From NCBI GenBank assembly GCA_963664815.2, contig CAXXHB010000002.1:480001-544000 (forward strand): 64,000 nucleotides of DNA. Reading direction: 5' to 3'. Under the pieces are notes generated by a model. That model saw nothing but the letters and a program-made list of their open reading frames with translations. It was not told the DNA's origin and made no database searches. Every line of letters starts with the position of its first letter. The first letter of the stretch is position 1. Positions 44,467-56,070 of this stretch are shown here, piece after piece. Source of the stretch: Spirochaetota bacterium (GTDB lineage: Bacteria; Spirochaetota; UBA4802; UBA5550). A program made the position numbers and the translations under genes.

Positions 44467-45198
44467 TTAATTAGGGGTTGCGGCAATAAAATTTTTAAGT
44501 TTTTCCTGTTTTTTATCAACAGCTGTTATATGGGCATTAATTATTTTCCCAAAATCAAGATCGCCTTTAATTATATTATACCTTTCAGATTCAATATTAC
44601 TGAGATGAGTGGTAATTTTAATTTTACTCGATTCTATGGCATATTTTTTGGCATCTTCCCAGTAGGGAATGGCCTCCTGGTATAGTTTTTTGGATATATC
44701 TAGACTGTTGTTAATATCTTTGGCAAAAGTAGAATCAGAAAATTTAATATTTTTTTTATCATATTTTGATCCGATTTTCAGATAGTTCCTCATGATCATA
44801 AGGTTAATATGCATAAACATCAGTTCTCTGTATTTACGATATTCATCATCGGATTCAACTTTTATCAACGCCAGTGATGGATGACGGAATTTACATTTAA
44901 GCCCTATTTTTAACATTTCAATATTTTTTCTTAAAGAAGATTCGTTATAGTATAATTTAATACCGAAAAGCAGATAATAATCTTCAAGGTAATGAGGTAC
45001 CGTTTCGTAATGTAATCTGACTTTTGGTATATAATCTGAAAAAGGAACAGACTCGTTTTTTTCACTGAAATATTGATATTGATAATCTTCACCGGAGAGA
45101 TTCATTCCGGAAAATAATACAATGGTGATAAGTATCAGTATTTGAAATTTTTTAATTTTTAAAATCATTATCGATGTTGATTCCCATAGAATAATCAA
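44467..45198 (-). CDS. Hypothetical exported protein (start uncertain)
   Basis: Long ORF with a signal-like N-terminus, co-oriented with the nitroreductase operon. Confidence 0.75.
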   Translation of the reverse strand: MIILWESTSIMILKIKKFQILILITIVLFSGMNLSGEDYQYQYFSEKNESVPFSDYIPKVRLHYETVPHYLEDYYLLFGIKLYYNESSLRKNIEMLKIGLKCKFRHPSLALIKVESDDEYRKYRELMFMHINLMIMRNYLKIGSKYDKKNIKFSDSTFAKDINNSLDISKKLYQEAIPYWEDAKKYAIESSKIKITTHLSNIESERYNIIKGDLDFGKIINAHITAVDKKQEKLKNFIAATPN

Positions 45199-45414
45199 AT
45201 AAAGAAATATGTCTGCTAGCCATATTAATATCGGAAGAAAAATGAACTGAGCTTATAATTAAATTATGGAAGCTATGGTTTTATATATTTACTTAGAAAT
45301 ATTCCTGTTAATTTATTAGAGCCGAAAAGGTATTAGATCAGTTTATTTTGTTTTTCCCCGGAGAAATTGCTAAATTGAAAAAGGAAACTGATAAATTTTC
45401 TGCGGGAGGTTAAA

Positions 45415-45870
45415 ATGAAGAATAAAAAGCTAAAATTTCTTGTCGCGATTGGTTTCAGTGAAAAACCACAAGATGTTCTTGAAAAAGCAGTTGAAGTTGC
45501 AAGAAAATATAGGGCAAGACTTTATGCTATTCATATTATAGCAGAGATGCCTAAGCTTACTTTTTATTATGATGCTTACAGGCTATGGGAGGATTTCAGG
45601 GAAAGTGCAGTAACAGAGGCTATGGATCTTATGAAAAGATATATTGGAAAGATGGCTGAAGATTACAGGGATATTGAACCGATAATTGAAGTTGGAGATC
45701 CTGGAGTAAAAATCCTGGAAAAAGCGGAAGAATTGGATGTTGATATGATTATTATGGGGCATCATGTGAGAAGCGGATTAACACATATATTGCATCAGAA
45801 CAGTTGCGAGAGGATTGTAAGGTATTCAAAAAAATCAGTATTAATATTTAATATTACCGGAGAAGAGTAG
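45415..45870 (+). CDS. Universal stress protein
   Basis: SD GGAGG; FLVAIGFS...GDPGVKILEKAEELDVDMIIMG...ERIVR. Confidence 0.9.
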   Translation: MKNKKLKFLVAIGFSEKPQDVLEKAVEVARKYRARLYAIHIIAEMPKLTFYYDAYRLWEDFRESAVTEAMDLMKRYIGKMAEDYRDIEPIIEVGDPGVKILEKAEELDVDMIIMGHHVRSGLTHILHQNSCERIVRYSKKSVLIFNITGEE

Positions 45871-46342
45871 ATTAAATATATTTTTTTTCTTTAAGTCCGG
45901 AGTCATGAGAGAATATTTTTATATCTCCCATAGCCAGAAGGTCTTTCATAGAATATTTTTTTATGTTGTTAAAATCATCTTTTACATGTCTTTTATACCA
46001 GTTATCAATAACAGGGAGAAGTTCATTTTTCCAGAAAAATCTACCCCCTTTTCTTGTTTTTTTAGATTAAAATCACTTTAGACTATTAGTCAAACTTTTA
46101 AATGTTTTCCGGAAATATGAATAACCGTAGTATGTCTTAAATGATTTCTAATTATAAATATACTGGAAATGTTCTTACTAGTGCATTACCTTCCTTTTTA
46201 TTGCTGGACAATCATAAACTATAAATTACTATATGAAGAAATTAAATAAACGCGCAACACTTTATGCAGTGAGAAAGGATACAGGGGTAAATTCTCTGTT
46301 TTTTAAATAATTTTATTACCTTTATAAACTTCTGGAGGTTTA

Positions 46343-47431
46343 ATGCCGGGGATATATACTCACAATTATATTTTTCGCAAATGCGTGGAAAATATTTCCA
46401 GAAACAGAACCAAATCATACATTAATAGGTCAATTGAAACTCTATTCGACACTCCTGAACATTTTAAAGCGGGACTGTTCGGTGCTATAGGTCCGAATAT
46501 ATTTGATTATATGTATTTTATGCGAAAAGGGGATGATTATTCAAACGAAATAACATTTTCGTTACATGATAAAAATTGCGCATCTTATCTTCAGCATTTG
46601 ACTGACATTGTAATGAACAGTAAAGATAGCAGAAATGAATGGTCCTCTGTCCAGCGGGGGTACCTTTTTGGGTATATCTCGCACATAATTTCTGACTCAA
46701 TTATTCACCCTTATATATTTTACAGTTCCGGCTTTCCTGATAAAATGAACAGAGGGGATATTAACTTTTACAGGAAAAGAAATTTGAAGTTTGAGTACAA
46801 TATTGATAATTATTTTCTCTACAGAGATGAACTGGGTCCTGTTATAAATGTTATTGATGAGATGCTTCCGGTCAGCATAATTAAGGGTAAAAAGGTTATC
46901 TGGCCTCCAATAAAATATCTTATTCTTGAATCATTGAAAAGAGAGAATGAGTTGTTCTTCTTGAAACATTTTAGGGATATAAAGCGGAATAAACTGGATG
47001 GAGATATAGGTCCGGTAAAAAACTTTGATAAAATCCCTGCGGGAATTTCTCTTAGTTACAGAATTAAACGTACCGTTAATCCTAAATGGATTAACGTAAT
47101 TGATAAACTGCATGATAATCCATTAACATATTCAGATTATCTGGTGAGATATCCTCCGCCTAAACGGGTTGATGAAGATGCTATGAATCTTCATCAGGGA
47201 AGATGGCAATATCCTGCACATCAGAGAGGATTCAGATATGAATCAGTTCTTCATCTGATAAAGCTTTCAATTGAACAGATTCTCAGAGTCTGGGAATCTA
47301 TTGAGCCTGCTGTTTATGGGGAAAAATCTTTCAGATTAACTGAATTTATAGCTTTAAGCGCTTATACAGGAGAAAAAGGGGTTTTTTTTGAGGATATGAA
47401 GATTAAAGACCCCGTTAAATTGAAGGTATAG
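46343..47431 (+). CDS. Zinc-dependent phospholipase C-family (Zn_dep_PLPC-like) protein
   Basis: MPGIYTH, GAIGPN and GYISHIISDSIIHPY motifs. Confidence 0.8.
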   Translation: MPGIYTHNYIFRKCVENISRNRTKSYINRSIETLFDTPEHFKAGLFGAIGPNIFDYMYFMRKGDDYSNEITFSLHDKNCASYLQHLTDIVMNSKDSRNEWSSVQRGYLFGYISHIISDSIIHPYIFYSSGFPDKMNRGDINFYRKRNLKFEYNIDNYFLYRDELGPVINVIDEMLPVSIIKGKKVIWPPIKYLILESLKRENELFFLKHFRDIKRNKLDGDIGPVKNFDKIPAGISLSYRIKRTVNPKWINVIDKLHDNPLTYSDYLVRYPPPKRVDEDAMNLHQGRWQYPAHQRGFRYESVLHLIKLSIEQILRVWESIEPAVYGEKSFRLTEFIALSAYTGEKGVFFEDMKIKDPVKLKV

Positions 47432-47450
47432 TTATTAATAAAAAAAACAG

Positions 47451-47517
47451 TTGAAAAAAAAGAGATAGATATGATAATGACAACTGGTTAGAGGAGTGGC
47501 GGCGCCACTCCTTTTTT
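47451..47517 (+). promoter_or_regulatory. Promoter and rimP-leader hairpin
   Basis: TTGAAA...TG-ATAAT, then AGGAGTGGC-GGC-GCCACTCCT-TTTTT immediately before rimP, like the GAGTGG..CCACTC rimP leader. Confidence 0.7.
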
Positions 47518-47521
47518 ATGC

Positions 47522-47971
47522 ATGGAAAGGCATATGCTGAGAGATGAAATTTTAGAAATTATAAATAAAGCTGCAGAAAATTCAGGTTACTCGATTTATG
47601 AATCATCTGTATATCTTAGCGGAGCCAATACAAAAATTACAGTCCGAATAGATTGTGAAAAACCGGTATCTCATAATGACTGTGAATTATACAGCAAAGA
47701 ATTAAGTTTATTGCTTGATGAGTGCGGAATTCTACCCGGCTATTTCCTTGAAATCTCTTCACCAGGTCTAAATAGAAAATTGAGGAATATTGAAGAACTG
47801 ATAAGGTTTAGGGAAGCACCGGTTAAGGTTATTTACGATTTTAATGGAGATCATAGAGTAGTAAAGGGAATTCTCTCCGGAATTGATGAAAATGGAATTG
47901 AAATTTCCGAAGAAAAGAATAAAGTATTAATAAGTCATAATGATATTATTAACGCCAATTTAGATTATTAA
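47522..47971 (+). CDS. rimP: Ribosome maturation factor RimP
   Basis: YFLEISSPGLNRKL; lies upstream of nusA. Confidence 0.93.
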   Translation: MERHMLRDEILEIINKAAENSGYSIYESSVYLSGANTKITVRIDCEKPVSHNDCELYSKELSLLLDECGILPGYFLEISSPGLNRKLRNIEELIRFREAPVKVIYDFNGDHRVVKGILSGIDENGIEISEEKNKVLISHNDIINANLDY

Positions 47972-47983
47972 AGGTTTAGTGAA

Positions 47984-49321
47984 ATGAGTAACAACTTTTT
48001 TGAAGCATTACATCAGATTGCAACAGATAAAGGGATCACCAGGGATGAGATAGAGAGCATTGTGGAATCTGCCATGCTTTCAGCCTTTAAAAAGCAGTAT
48101 GGTGCAGTGGAGAATGTAAAAGTCGCTTTTGACAGGGATAAAAACACTGTTAAAATTGTGACAAAGAAAATGGTCGTAAAAAAACCTACTCTCCCTGCTG
48201 AAGAGATAGCATATGATAGAGCTCTCAAAATAAAAAAGGATGTTGAGCTTGGCGACGAAATATTTGTTGAAGAGAATCCATTTGATTCATTCGGCAGAAT
48301 AGCAGCCCAGACGGCTAAACAGGTAATAATTCAGAAGATAAAAGAAGCTGAAAAGAATATCATTTTCAACGAATATAGTGGCAGAGAAGGGGATCTCATA
48401 AACGGATACCTTCAAAGAAGGACAAGAGATAATCTTTTTATTGATCTGGGAAAAACTGAAGGTTTACTTCCTTTGAGAGAACAAAATCCTCTTGAAAGAT
48501 ATAAAATTGGGGATAGGATAAAAGCTCTGATTCTTTCGGTAAAAAGCAGTGCCAAGGGTCCGGATGTAATTCTTTCAAGAGCTCACCCTAAATTTGTAGA
48601 AAAACTTTTTGAGATGGAGATTCCGGAAATTTATGATGGAATTGTAAAAATAGTCAAGATAGTCAGAGAGCCTGGTTTAAGGACAAAAGTGGCTGTTTCA
48701 AGCGACAGGGATGATGTTGATTCTGTTGGTGCATGCGTAGGGATGAAGGGAATCCGTATTCAGTCGATTGTCAGAGAACTTGAGGGTGAAAAAATAGATG
48801 TTGTTGCTTATTATGAAGATAAAAAGATAATGGCTGCAAATGCGCTTACTCCCGCTAAAGTAAAAGAAGTTGTACAGACTTCCACCGGAGGAGTTATTGC
48901 GGTTGTTGATAATGATCAGTATTCACTCGCAGTCGGACGTGCGGGGCATAATGTGCGTCTTGCTTCAAGGCTATGCGGATTTGAAATAGATATTAAGACA
49001 GAGGAATCGTATCAGGCTTTCCTCGGTTCCAGCGAATCAAGATCAATTGTTGAACAGCTTTTTTCAACAAGTGAATCTGACGAGACACCTCTTGAAGAAC
49101 TTGTTGATCTTGAACCAAGAATTGTAAAAATACTGGAGAAAGCAGGTATCTTTTCTGTTGAGGATCTTGTTGAGAGATCCATAGAGGATCTTATGAGAAT
49201 AGAAGGAATTGGCGAGAAAACTGCACAGAGAATTATGGAAATACTGGCTGATGTGGTTGATTTTGGAGATGGAGAAGACCAGGAAGCAGATGGGAATTCT
49301 ACCGAAGATGATCACATATAA
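47984..49321 (+). CDS. nusA: Transcription termination/antitermination factor NusA
   Basis: FGRIAAQTAKQVI, S1 and KH domains, GACVGMKG and GHNVRLASRL. Confidence 0.99.
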   Translation: MSNNFFEALHQIATDKGITRDEIESIVESAMLSAFKKQYGAVENVKVAFDRDKNTVKIVTKKMVVKKPTLPAEEIAYDRALKIKKDVELGDEIFVEENPFDSFGRIAAQTAKQVIIQKIKEAEKNIIFNEYSGREGDLINGYLQRRTRDNLFIDLGKTEGLLPLREQNPLERYKIGDRIKALILSVKSSAKGPDVILSRAHPKFVEKLFEMEIPEIYDGIVKIVKIVREPGLRTKVAVSSDRDDVDSVGACVGMKGIRIQSIVRELEGEKIDVVAYYEDKKIMAANALTPAKVKEVVQTSTGGVIAVVDNDQYSLAVGRAGHNVRLASRLCGFEIDIKTEESYQAFLGSSESRSIVEQLFSTSESDETPLEELVDLEPRIVKILEKAGIFSVEDLVERSIEDLMRIEGIGEKTAQRIMEILADVVDFGDGEDQEADGNSTEDDHI

Positions 49322-49337
49322 AATTTAAAAAACAGGA

Positions 49338-52253
49338 TTGTTCATGAAAGCTATTGACGTTGCGACAAAAAATTTTATTACTTTTGAAGATGTAATCGAA
49401 ATATGTAAAGAGCTGAATATTGAATGTAAAGATACTGCAGCTGAGTTGAGTGAACATGAAACTTTTCTTGTGGAAAGAAGAATTGAGAGCGTTAAAAAAA
49501 GACGTGTTGAAGATGCTGAGAAAGCAAAAAAAAATAAAAAAATTAAGCTTAAAAAGAAAGTAGATGTATCGAATGATATAAGGAAAAAGAAAGGTCTTGA
49601 ATTAAGGGAAGAGAAAGAAGAGGGAGAAGAGGATCAAGCCAGAGAAGATGTTCATGAATATGAAAAGACAGTTCCGAACACTGCGGTTGTACATGAAAAG
49701 GTAAGCATTCCTGAAGATAGAGAAAAGAGTATTGTATCCGGAGATGAGAATTTTCAAAAACAAGAAACAGAAAAAATAATACCGCATTCTCAACCGGCTG
49801 CGTTTGATAAAAAACCTGAATCAAGAACCGGCAGCGAAAGGACACCGTATGCGACAACTGGTTCAGAGAACAGGCCTTCACGCCCTCAGGTGCAGAGGAC
49901 TGACAACAGAACAGATGGAAGATCTCCTAGATCTCAAGGTCAGAAACCGGAGGGAAGAACGGATAGCAGACCTCCACGTCCGCAGGGGCAGGGGCAACGA
50001 CCATATAATCAGGGATCTTCGGATAGCAGACCTCCACGTCCGCAGGGACAGGGGCAACGACCATATAATCAGGGATCTTCGGATAGCAGACCTCCACGTC
50101 CGCAAGGACAGGGGCAACGACCATATAATCAGGGATCTTCGGATAGCAGACCTACACGTCCGCAGGGACAGGGGCAACGACCATATAATCAGGGATCTTC
50201 GGAAGGGAGATCACAGCGTCCTCAGGGACAGAGAACAGAAGGAAGGCCGGGGGGCGGAAGAGATGGTGCACAGAGGAGTGGTGGAATAGGAAGAAGGTTA
50301 AATGTAAAGGATGATACACCATCATCTATAGAAATAGATGATCAGGCGGCTAAAAAGAACAAAGGTTTAGATAAAGAAAAAGAAAAAGAAAAACATAAAG
50401 AGAAAGAATTCCGCAGATTAAACAAACGAGAAAAAGAAGAAGCTGAAAAAGCTCTGATCCTAAAGAAAAAACAGAATGCAGAAAGTAGAAAGGTTGCTAC
50501 ACCAGACAAAATAAATATTACCGAGAGTGTTACAGTCGGTGAACTTTCCAAAAAACTGAATGTCAAGGCAAGTGAGGTTATCAGTAAGCTGATGAAACTC
50601 GGCGTTATGGCAACTATAAATCAGGCAATAGATTCAGACACTGCATCAATCCTCGCAGCCGAATATAATACTGAAGTCGGAGTTGTTTCCCTTTTTGATG
50701 AAACTGTTATTAAAAACGAGCAGGAGGATAAGGCTGAAGACGCAGTAACACGTCCTCCGGTTGTAACAGTAATGGGTCACGTTGATCATGGTAAGACGAA
50801 ATTACTTGATGTGATAAGATCAACAAATGTAATAGATAGTGAGTTTGGCGGAATAACCCAGCATATAGGCGCATATACTGTTAATACCAGGAATAAGAAG
50901 ATAACATTTTTTGATACACCAGGCCATGCTGCTTTCACCACAATGAGGGCGCGAGGTGCAAGTATTACCGATATAGTAATACTTGTTGTAGCTGCGAATG
51001 ATGGTGTTATGCCTCAGACTGTTGAAGCTATAAGCCACGCGAAAGCAGCAAATGTTCCTATAATTGTCGCAATCAATAAAATAGATCTTCCTGAAGCAAA
51101 TAGAGACAAAGTCAGGCAGGAATTAACCGGTTATGGTCTTATACCGGAAGAGTGGGGCGGGACAACACTATTTGCTGAAATCAGCGCTAAGCAGAATTTA
51201 AATATTGATCAACTTCTTGAGCTTGTAATTATCCAGGCGGAAATGCTTGAACTTAAAGCGAATCCGAAACTCCTCGCAAAAGGAGCTGTAATTGAATCAA
51301 GGCTGGATCCGGGCAGAGGGGCGGTGAGTACGGTGCTTATACAGTCAGGAACACTTCATGTCGGTGATCCGTTTGTAGTTGGAGTATATTCCGGTAAAGT
51401 GCGGGCGATGTTTGATGATAAGCAAAATCCAATTGAGGAAGCAGGTCCTTCAATGCCGGTGGAAATTCTCGGAATATCAGGCGTTCCAGCTGCGGGTGAT
51501 CCGTTTGAAGGTGTTGAATCGGACCGTATGGCTAAACAGGTTTCCCAGAAGCGTCTTGAGTATAAGAGAATTGAATCTGCAAAAAAAGTGCGTAAAGTAA
51601 CACTTGAATCTCTTAACGAGATGATTAAAGAGGGTGAAGTTAAGGATCTTAATGTGATTGTCAAGGCTGATGTTGATGGTTCATCACAGGCATTGACTGA
51701 AGCTCTTGAAAAGCTATCGAATGAGGAAATAAGAGTAAGAGTCATTCATTCCGGTGCCGGAGGAATAAATGACTCAGACGTTATGCTGGCATCCGCTTCA
51801 AATGCAATAATAATTGGTTATCATGTTAGACCAACAGGTAAAGTATCGGATCTTGCTGATAAGGAAAATGTATCAATCAAGTTTTATAATATTATTTTTG
51901 AAGCTACAGATGATATCAAGGCGGCCATGGAAGGTATGTTGTCGCCGGTATTCGAAGAAAAAATTCTCGGATCTGGTGAGATAAAGCAGGTTTTTAAAGT
52001 ATCCAAGATCGGTTCAATTGCAGGTTCTGTCTGCATGTCAGGCAAGATAACAAGGAAGGCTAAGGTCAGAATAATGAGAGAGGGCGTAGTGGTTTTTGAC
52101 GGACCATTGGCTTCCCTCAAGAGATATAAGGATGACGTGTCAGTAGTTGAAGCGGGTCAGGAGTTTGGTTTCTCTACAGAGAATTTCAATGATATGAAAG
52201 AAGGTGATTCTTTCGAAGCGTATGAAATTATTCAGATAGCAAAAAAATTATGA
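49338..52253 (+). CDS. infB: Translation initiation factor IF-2 (start possibly ATG 49344)
   Basis: [34 protein letters not shown] and NKID. Confidence 0.99.
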   Translation: MFMKAIDVATKNFITFEDVIEICKELNIECKDTAAELSEHETFLVERRIESVKKRRVEDAEKAKKNKKIKLKKKVDVSNDIRKKKGLELREEKEEGEEDQAREDVHEYEKTVPNTAVVHEKVSIPEDREKSIVSGDENFQKQETEKIIPHSQPAAFDKKPESRTGSERTPYATTGSENRPSRPQVQRTDNRTDGRSPRSQGQKPEGRTDSRPPRPQGQGQRPYNQGSSDSRPPRPQGQGQRPYNQGSSDSRPPRPQGQGQRPYNQGSSDSRPTRPQGQGQRPYNQGSSEGRSQRPQGQRTEGRPGGGRDGAQRSGGIGRRLNVKDDTPSSIEIDDQAAKKNKGLDKEKEKEKHKEKEFRRLNKREKEEAEKALILKKKQNAESRKVATPDKINITESVTVGELSKKLNVKASEVISKLMKLGVMATINQAIDSDTASILAAEYNTEVGVVSLFDETVIKNEQEDKAEDAVTRPPVVTVMGHVDHGKTKLLDVIRSTNVIDSEFGGITQHIGAYTVNTRNKKITFFDTPGHAAFTTMRARGASITDIVILVVAANDGVMPQTVEAISHAKAANVPIIVAINKIDLPEANRDKVRQELTGYGLIPEEWGGTTLFAEISAKQNLNIDQLLELVIIQAEMLELKANPKLLAKGAVIESRLDPGRGAVSTVLIQSGTLHVGDPFVVGVYSGKVRAMFDDKQNPIEEAGPSMPVEILGISGVPAAGDPFEGVESDRMAKQVSQKRLEYKRIESAKKVRKVTLESLNEMIKEGEVKDLNVIVKADVDGSSQALTEALEKLSNEEIRVRVIHSGAGGINDSDVMLASASNAIIIGYHVRPTGKVSDLADKENVSIKFYNIIFEATDDIKAAMEGMLSPVFEEKILGSGEIKQVFKVSKIGSIAGSVCMSGKITRKAKVRIMREGVVVFDGPLASLKRYKDDVSVVEAGQEFGFSTENFNDMKEGDSFEAYEIIQIAKKL
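49961..50200 (+). repeat. In-frame tandem repeat in infB, 4 x 60 bp ([20 protein letters not shown])
   Basis: GGATAGCAGACCT recurs at 49961, 50021, 50081 and 50141. Confidence 0.95.
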
Positions 52254-52260
52254 AACAGAA

Positions 52261-52680
52261 TTGTCGATGAAATACAGAAAAGACAGACTTGAAGAACTTA
52301 TCAAACGGATAGTATCTGAAATAATAATGAGGGAGCTTAAAGATCCGAGAATTGGATTTATTACAATTACAGGAGTTGTACTTAATAAGGATTATACAGA
52401 AGCAAGAATAGGAGTATCTATACTTGGAACTCCAACTGATGTGCGCAAAAGCATGGAGGGAATAAGATCTTCAAGCGGATTTGTACAAAAGCTTCTTGGC
52501 AAAGAACTTAAAATCAGAAATCTCCCAAGAGTATATTTCTATCTTGATAAATCCGTTGAAGAGGGAGTGGATATGGTTAATAAAATTAGTAATCTCCCTG
52601 GTGTACTGGATAGAAAAGATAAAGATAATGAAGATTTAAAAATTAATGATGATGATTCAACCGGTGACGGGGAGTTATAA
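52261..52680 (+). CDS. rbfA: 30S ribosome-binding factor A
   Basis: ELKDPRIGFITIT, P...F..D.S.E.G; position after infB. Confidence 0.96.
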   Translation: MSMKYRKDRLEELIKRIVSEIIMRELKDPRIGFITITGVVLNKDYTEARIGVSILGTPTDVRKSMEGIRSSSGFVQKLLGKELKIRNLPRVYFYLDKSVEEGVDMVNKISNLPGVLDRKDKDNEDLKINDDDSTGDGEL

Positions 52681-52691
52681 GTTTTAGTTCT

Positions 52692-53615
52692 GTGAAAATA
52701 TGTGGTTTTAATAATGCGGTTATCCTGCTTGATAAACCCGAAGGTAAAACATCTTTTGATCTGATATCAGCCGTTAAGAGAATTACCGGAATAAAAAAAG
52801 TTGGTCATTCCGGAACTCTGGACAGATTCGCCACTGGCTTAATGGTTATATGTACAGGAAAGGCTACAAGACTTACGCAGTTTTTTCTTGAAGATGATAA
52901 AAGATATACTGGAAGGATTAAGCTCGGTTTAGAGACCGACACCTGTGATATAACCGGTGAGATAATATCAGAAAAATCGCTTTCATTACTGGATTGGAGT
53001 ACTGTTGCTGATACACTATCCGGATTTATCGGGAGTATAAATCAGATTCCACCGAAATATTCAGCATTGAAGATTGAAGGGAAAAGAGCTTCTGACCGAA
53101 TGAGGTCTGGCGAGGAGATTATTCTTGCCGGAAGGGATGTAGAGATATACAGTATAGATGTGAAAGGTATTGATTCTCTTGGAGGTTATATCGATTTTGA
53201 CGTTTCCTGTTCAAAGGGAACCTATATCAGGTCTCTTGCAAAGGATTTCGGCGAGAGTCTTGGGACTGGAGCGTGCTTAAGTTCATTAAGAAGAGTATCT
53301 TCAGGAAGTTTTAATATATCCCAGGCAGCAACAATTGAAGAAGTAGAGGAAACCGTCGTAAAGGGAGATTTTGAGAATAAATCGTTTTTACTTGATCCAA
53401 TAGAAGTTCTTAAAGGATTCAGCAGACTGGTTCTCAATGATTATGGAGCATCGAGAGTTTTAAATGGCGCTTTTTTCAGCAGAGAAGATGTAATTTTGCT
53501 TGAAAAGAGAGAGGAAGATTTTTTTACAGTAGCCGATAAACATCAAAATCTGATTGCAATAGCAGAGATAGATACTGATAAATGGCTGATTAATTATAAA
53601 TGTGTATTTAATTAA
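52692..53615 (+). CDS. truB: tRNA pseudouridine(55) synthase
   Basis: KVGHSGTLDRFATG, QIPPKYSALK and CSKGTYIRSL. Confidence 0.97.
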   Translation: MKICGFNNAVILLDKPEGKTSFDLISAVKRITGIKKVGHSGTLDRFATGLMVICTGKATRLTQFFLEDDKRYTGRIKLGLETDTCDITGEIISEKSLSLLDWSTVADTLSGFIGSINQIPPKYSALKIEGKRASDRMRSGEEIILAGRDVEIYSIDVKGIDSLGGYIDFDVSCSKGTYIRSLAKDFGESLGTGACLSSLRRVSSGSFNISQAATIEEVEETVVKGDFENKSFLLDPIEVLKGFSRLVLNDYGASRVLNGAFFSREDVILLEKREEDFFTVADKHQNLIAIAEIDTDKWLINYKCVFN

Positions 53616-53654
53616 AAAATGAATTAACGAATCATCAGGAGGATATAAGAAGAA

Positions 53655-53912
53655 ATGACAACCAAGACAGAGATAATTGGAAAGTACATGAGACATGAAG
53701 GGGATACAGGCTCTCCAGAGGTGCAGATAGCATTATTGACAGACAGGATTAACCTTCTTACAGAACATTTTAAGGTACACTCCAAAGACCATCATTCCAG
53801 AAGAGGACTTTTAAAACTGGTAGGACAGAGAAGAAGGCTTCTTGATTATTTAAAGGGGAAAGATCTGGAAAAATACAGAACCATGATCAAAGAATTGGGT
53901 TTAAGAAGATAG
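53655..53912 (+). CDS. rpsO: 30S ribosomal protein S15
   Basis: [13 protein letters not shown] and [20 protein letters not shown]. Confidence 0.99.
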   Translation: MTTKTEIIGKYMRHEGDTGSPEVQIALLTDRINLLTEHFKVHSKDHHSRRGLLKLVGQRRRLLDYLKGKDLEKYRTMIKELGLRR

Positions 53913-53991
53913 AGGGTGTAGTTTATTCACAAATACTGTTATTGTTTTATTATAAGATGATGGTATTAAAAAAGTATTGTGAGAGGTTTTA

Positions 53992-56070
53992 ATGACATTG
54001 GATTATAGTTTGGAAATTGGAAAGGGAAAACTGAATTTCAATACAGGTTATCTTGCGAAGCAGGCTGATGGTGCTGTTGCTGTATCGTATGGTGAGACTG
54101 TTGTTTTTGCCAGCGCTGTTGCATCAAGGGATGTGAAGGAAGGGCAGGATTTTTTTCCGTTGACAGTTGATTACAGGGAAAAATCCTATGCAGCGGGGAA
54201 AATTCCGGGCGGTTTTATTAAAAGGGAGAGCAGACCAAGTGATAAAGAGGTGCTTGTTTCGAGGTTGACAGACAGACCTTTGAGGCCTCTCTTCCCTGAA
54301 GATTTTGTTAACGAAGTGCAGATAATAATATATGTTCTCTCTGCAGATGGGATCAATCAGCATGATATTGTTGCTATTAATGCAGCATCAGCTGCGCTCG
54401 TAGTTTCTGGTATGCCGTTTAATGGACCTGTTGGAGCAGTCAGGGTTGGAAGAATTAATGGTATCATGATTGTAAATCCGACTTTCAGAGAATCAGAGCA
54501 AAGCGATATTGATCTTGTTGTTGCAGGCACAAAAAAAGCTGTTACAATGATTGAAGGTTGCTCAAAAAATGTCTCTGAAGAAGACATGCTTGCAGCCGTA
54601 CAGTTTGCACATGAAAATATTATAAAAATCTGTGAAGTTCAGGAAGAGCTGAAAAGAGCAGTGAATAAACCGGCTTTTTCTTATAAGCCTTATCTGCCGG
54701 ATGTTGACCTGAAAAAATTTGTAAGAGAAAGATATTATTTTGATCTTGAAGAACTTAGACATATCACTGTTAAAAAACCGCGTGAAGATAGATGGAATGA
54801 AATTTATGTAAAGGCGAAAGAGGAACTGAAAGAAGGCTTTCCTGATACAATCGGCCAGTTAAGAGGAATCCTTGATGCGCTTGATGGCGAAATAATGAGA
54901 AAGAGATGTCTTGAGGGGGGGGCGCGTGCTGATGGACGCGGACTTAAAGATATCCGTCCCATAGATATAATGACTGGAGTTCTTCCGAGAACGCATGGGT
55001 CTGCAGTTTTCACAAGGGGAGAGACACAGAGTGTTGGTATTACTACACTCGGCACTCTTTCAGAAGCGCAGAGAATGGATAATCTTGAAGGATCCAGCGA
55101 AAAGAATTTTATGCTGCACTATAATTTTCCTCCTTTTTCTGTTGGTGAAACGGGTAGAACAGGGAATCCCGGAAGGCGCGAAATTGGTCATGGAATGCTT
55201 GCGGAGAGGTCACTGGAGTATGTAATTCCAGATATAAATACTTTTCCTTATACAATAAGGCAGGTTTCGGAGATTTTTGAATCAAACGGTTCATCTTCAA
55301 TGGCAAGTGTGTGTTCGGGATCACTTTCACTGTTTAATGCGGGTGTTCCAATAAAAGCAGCTGTAGCCGGTATTGCCATGGGACTTATTATGGAAGATGA
55401 AAAGTATGCAATACTCAGCGACATTCAGGGGTTGGAAGACCATCTTGGAGATATGGACTTTAAAGTAGCAGGTACAGAGACCGGAATCACCGCTTTTCAG
55501 CTGGATATTAAAATTGAGGGCATTACACCGGAGATAATGAAAGCTGCGCTGGAACAGGCAAAAGAGGGGAGACTTCACATTCTCAAGACTATGAGCTCAT
55601 TCATATCAAAACCTGAATCGGCCGTATCGGTACACGCACCGAAAATAAAGACTCTTAAAGTAAGAACCGAGAAAATAGGTGAAATTATAGGACCCGGTGG
55701 AAGAGTTATAAAGAAGATTGTTGAAGAGACCGGTGCCGAAGTAAATATTGATGACACAGGAAAAGTTGTAGTTTCTTCGATAAGCCAGGAGGCTATTGAT
55801 AATGCTGTTAAGATAATTCTTGGAATAGCCGAGGATATTGAGATTGGCAACATATACAATGGTACAGTTAAAAAGATTATGGAATTTGGAGCATTTGTTG
55901 AAATAGCACCGGGTAAAGAAGGTCTTGTTCACATATCGAACCTTGATAACGCCAGGGTTAAAGAAGTTACTGATATCTGCACTGTTGGTGATAAGATGAA
56001 AGTAAAAGTTATAAAAATAGATCGTCAGGGAAGAATCGACCTGAGTAGAAAAGAAGCATTAGAAGAATAA
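53992..56070 (+). CDS. pnp: Polyribonucleotide nucleotidyltransferase
   Basis: DFFPLTVDY, RREIGHG, SNGSSSMAS, EDHLGDMDFKVAG, plus KH and S1 domains. Confidence 0.99.
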   Translation: MTLDYSLEIGKGKLNFNTGYLAKQADGAVAVSYGETVVFASAVASRDVKEGQDFFPLTVDYREKSYAAGKIPGGFIKRESRPSDKEVLVSRLTDRPLRPLFPEDFVNEVQIIIYVLSADGINQHDIVAINAASAALVVSGMPFNGPVGAVRVGRINGIMIVNPTFRESEQSDIDLVVAGTKKAVTMIEGCSKNVSEEDMLAAVQFAHENIIKICEVQEELKRAVNKPAFSYKPYLPDVDLKKFVRERYYFDLEELRHITVKKPREDRWNEIYVKAKEELKEGFPDTIGQLRGILDALDGEIMRKRCLEGGARADGRGLKDIRPIDIMTGVLPRTHGSAVFTRGETQSVGITTLGTLSEAQRMDNLEGSSEKNFMLHYNFPPFSVGETGRTGNPGRREIGHGMLAERSLEYVIPDINTFPYTIRQVSEIFESNGSSSMASVCSGSLSLFNAGVPIKAAVAGIAMGLIMEDEKYAILSDIQGLEDHLGDMDFKVAGTETGITAFQLDIKIEGITPEIMKAALEQAKEGRLHILKTMSSFISKPESAVSVHAPKIKTLKVRTEKIGEIIGPGGRVIKKIVEETGAEVNIDDTGKVVVSSISQEAIDNAVKIILGIAEDIEIGNIYNGTVKKIMEFGAFVEIAPGKEGLVHISNLDNARVKEVTDICTVGDKMKVKVIKIDRQGRIDLSRKEALEE

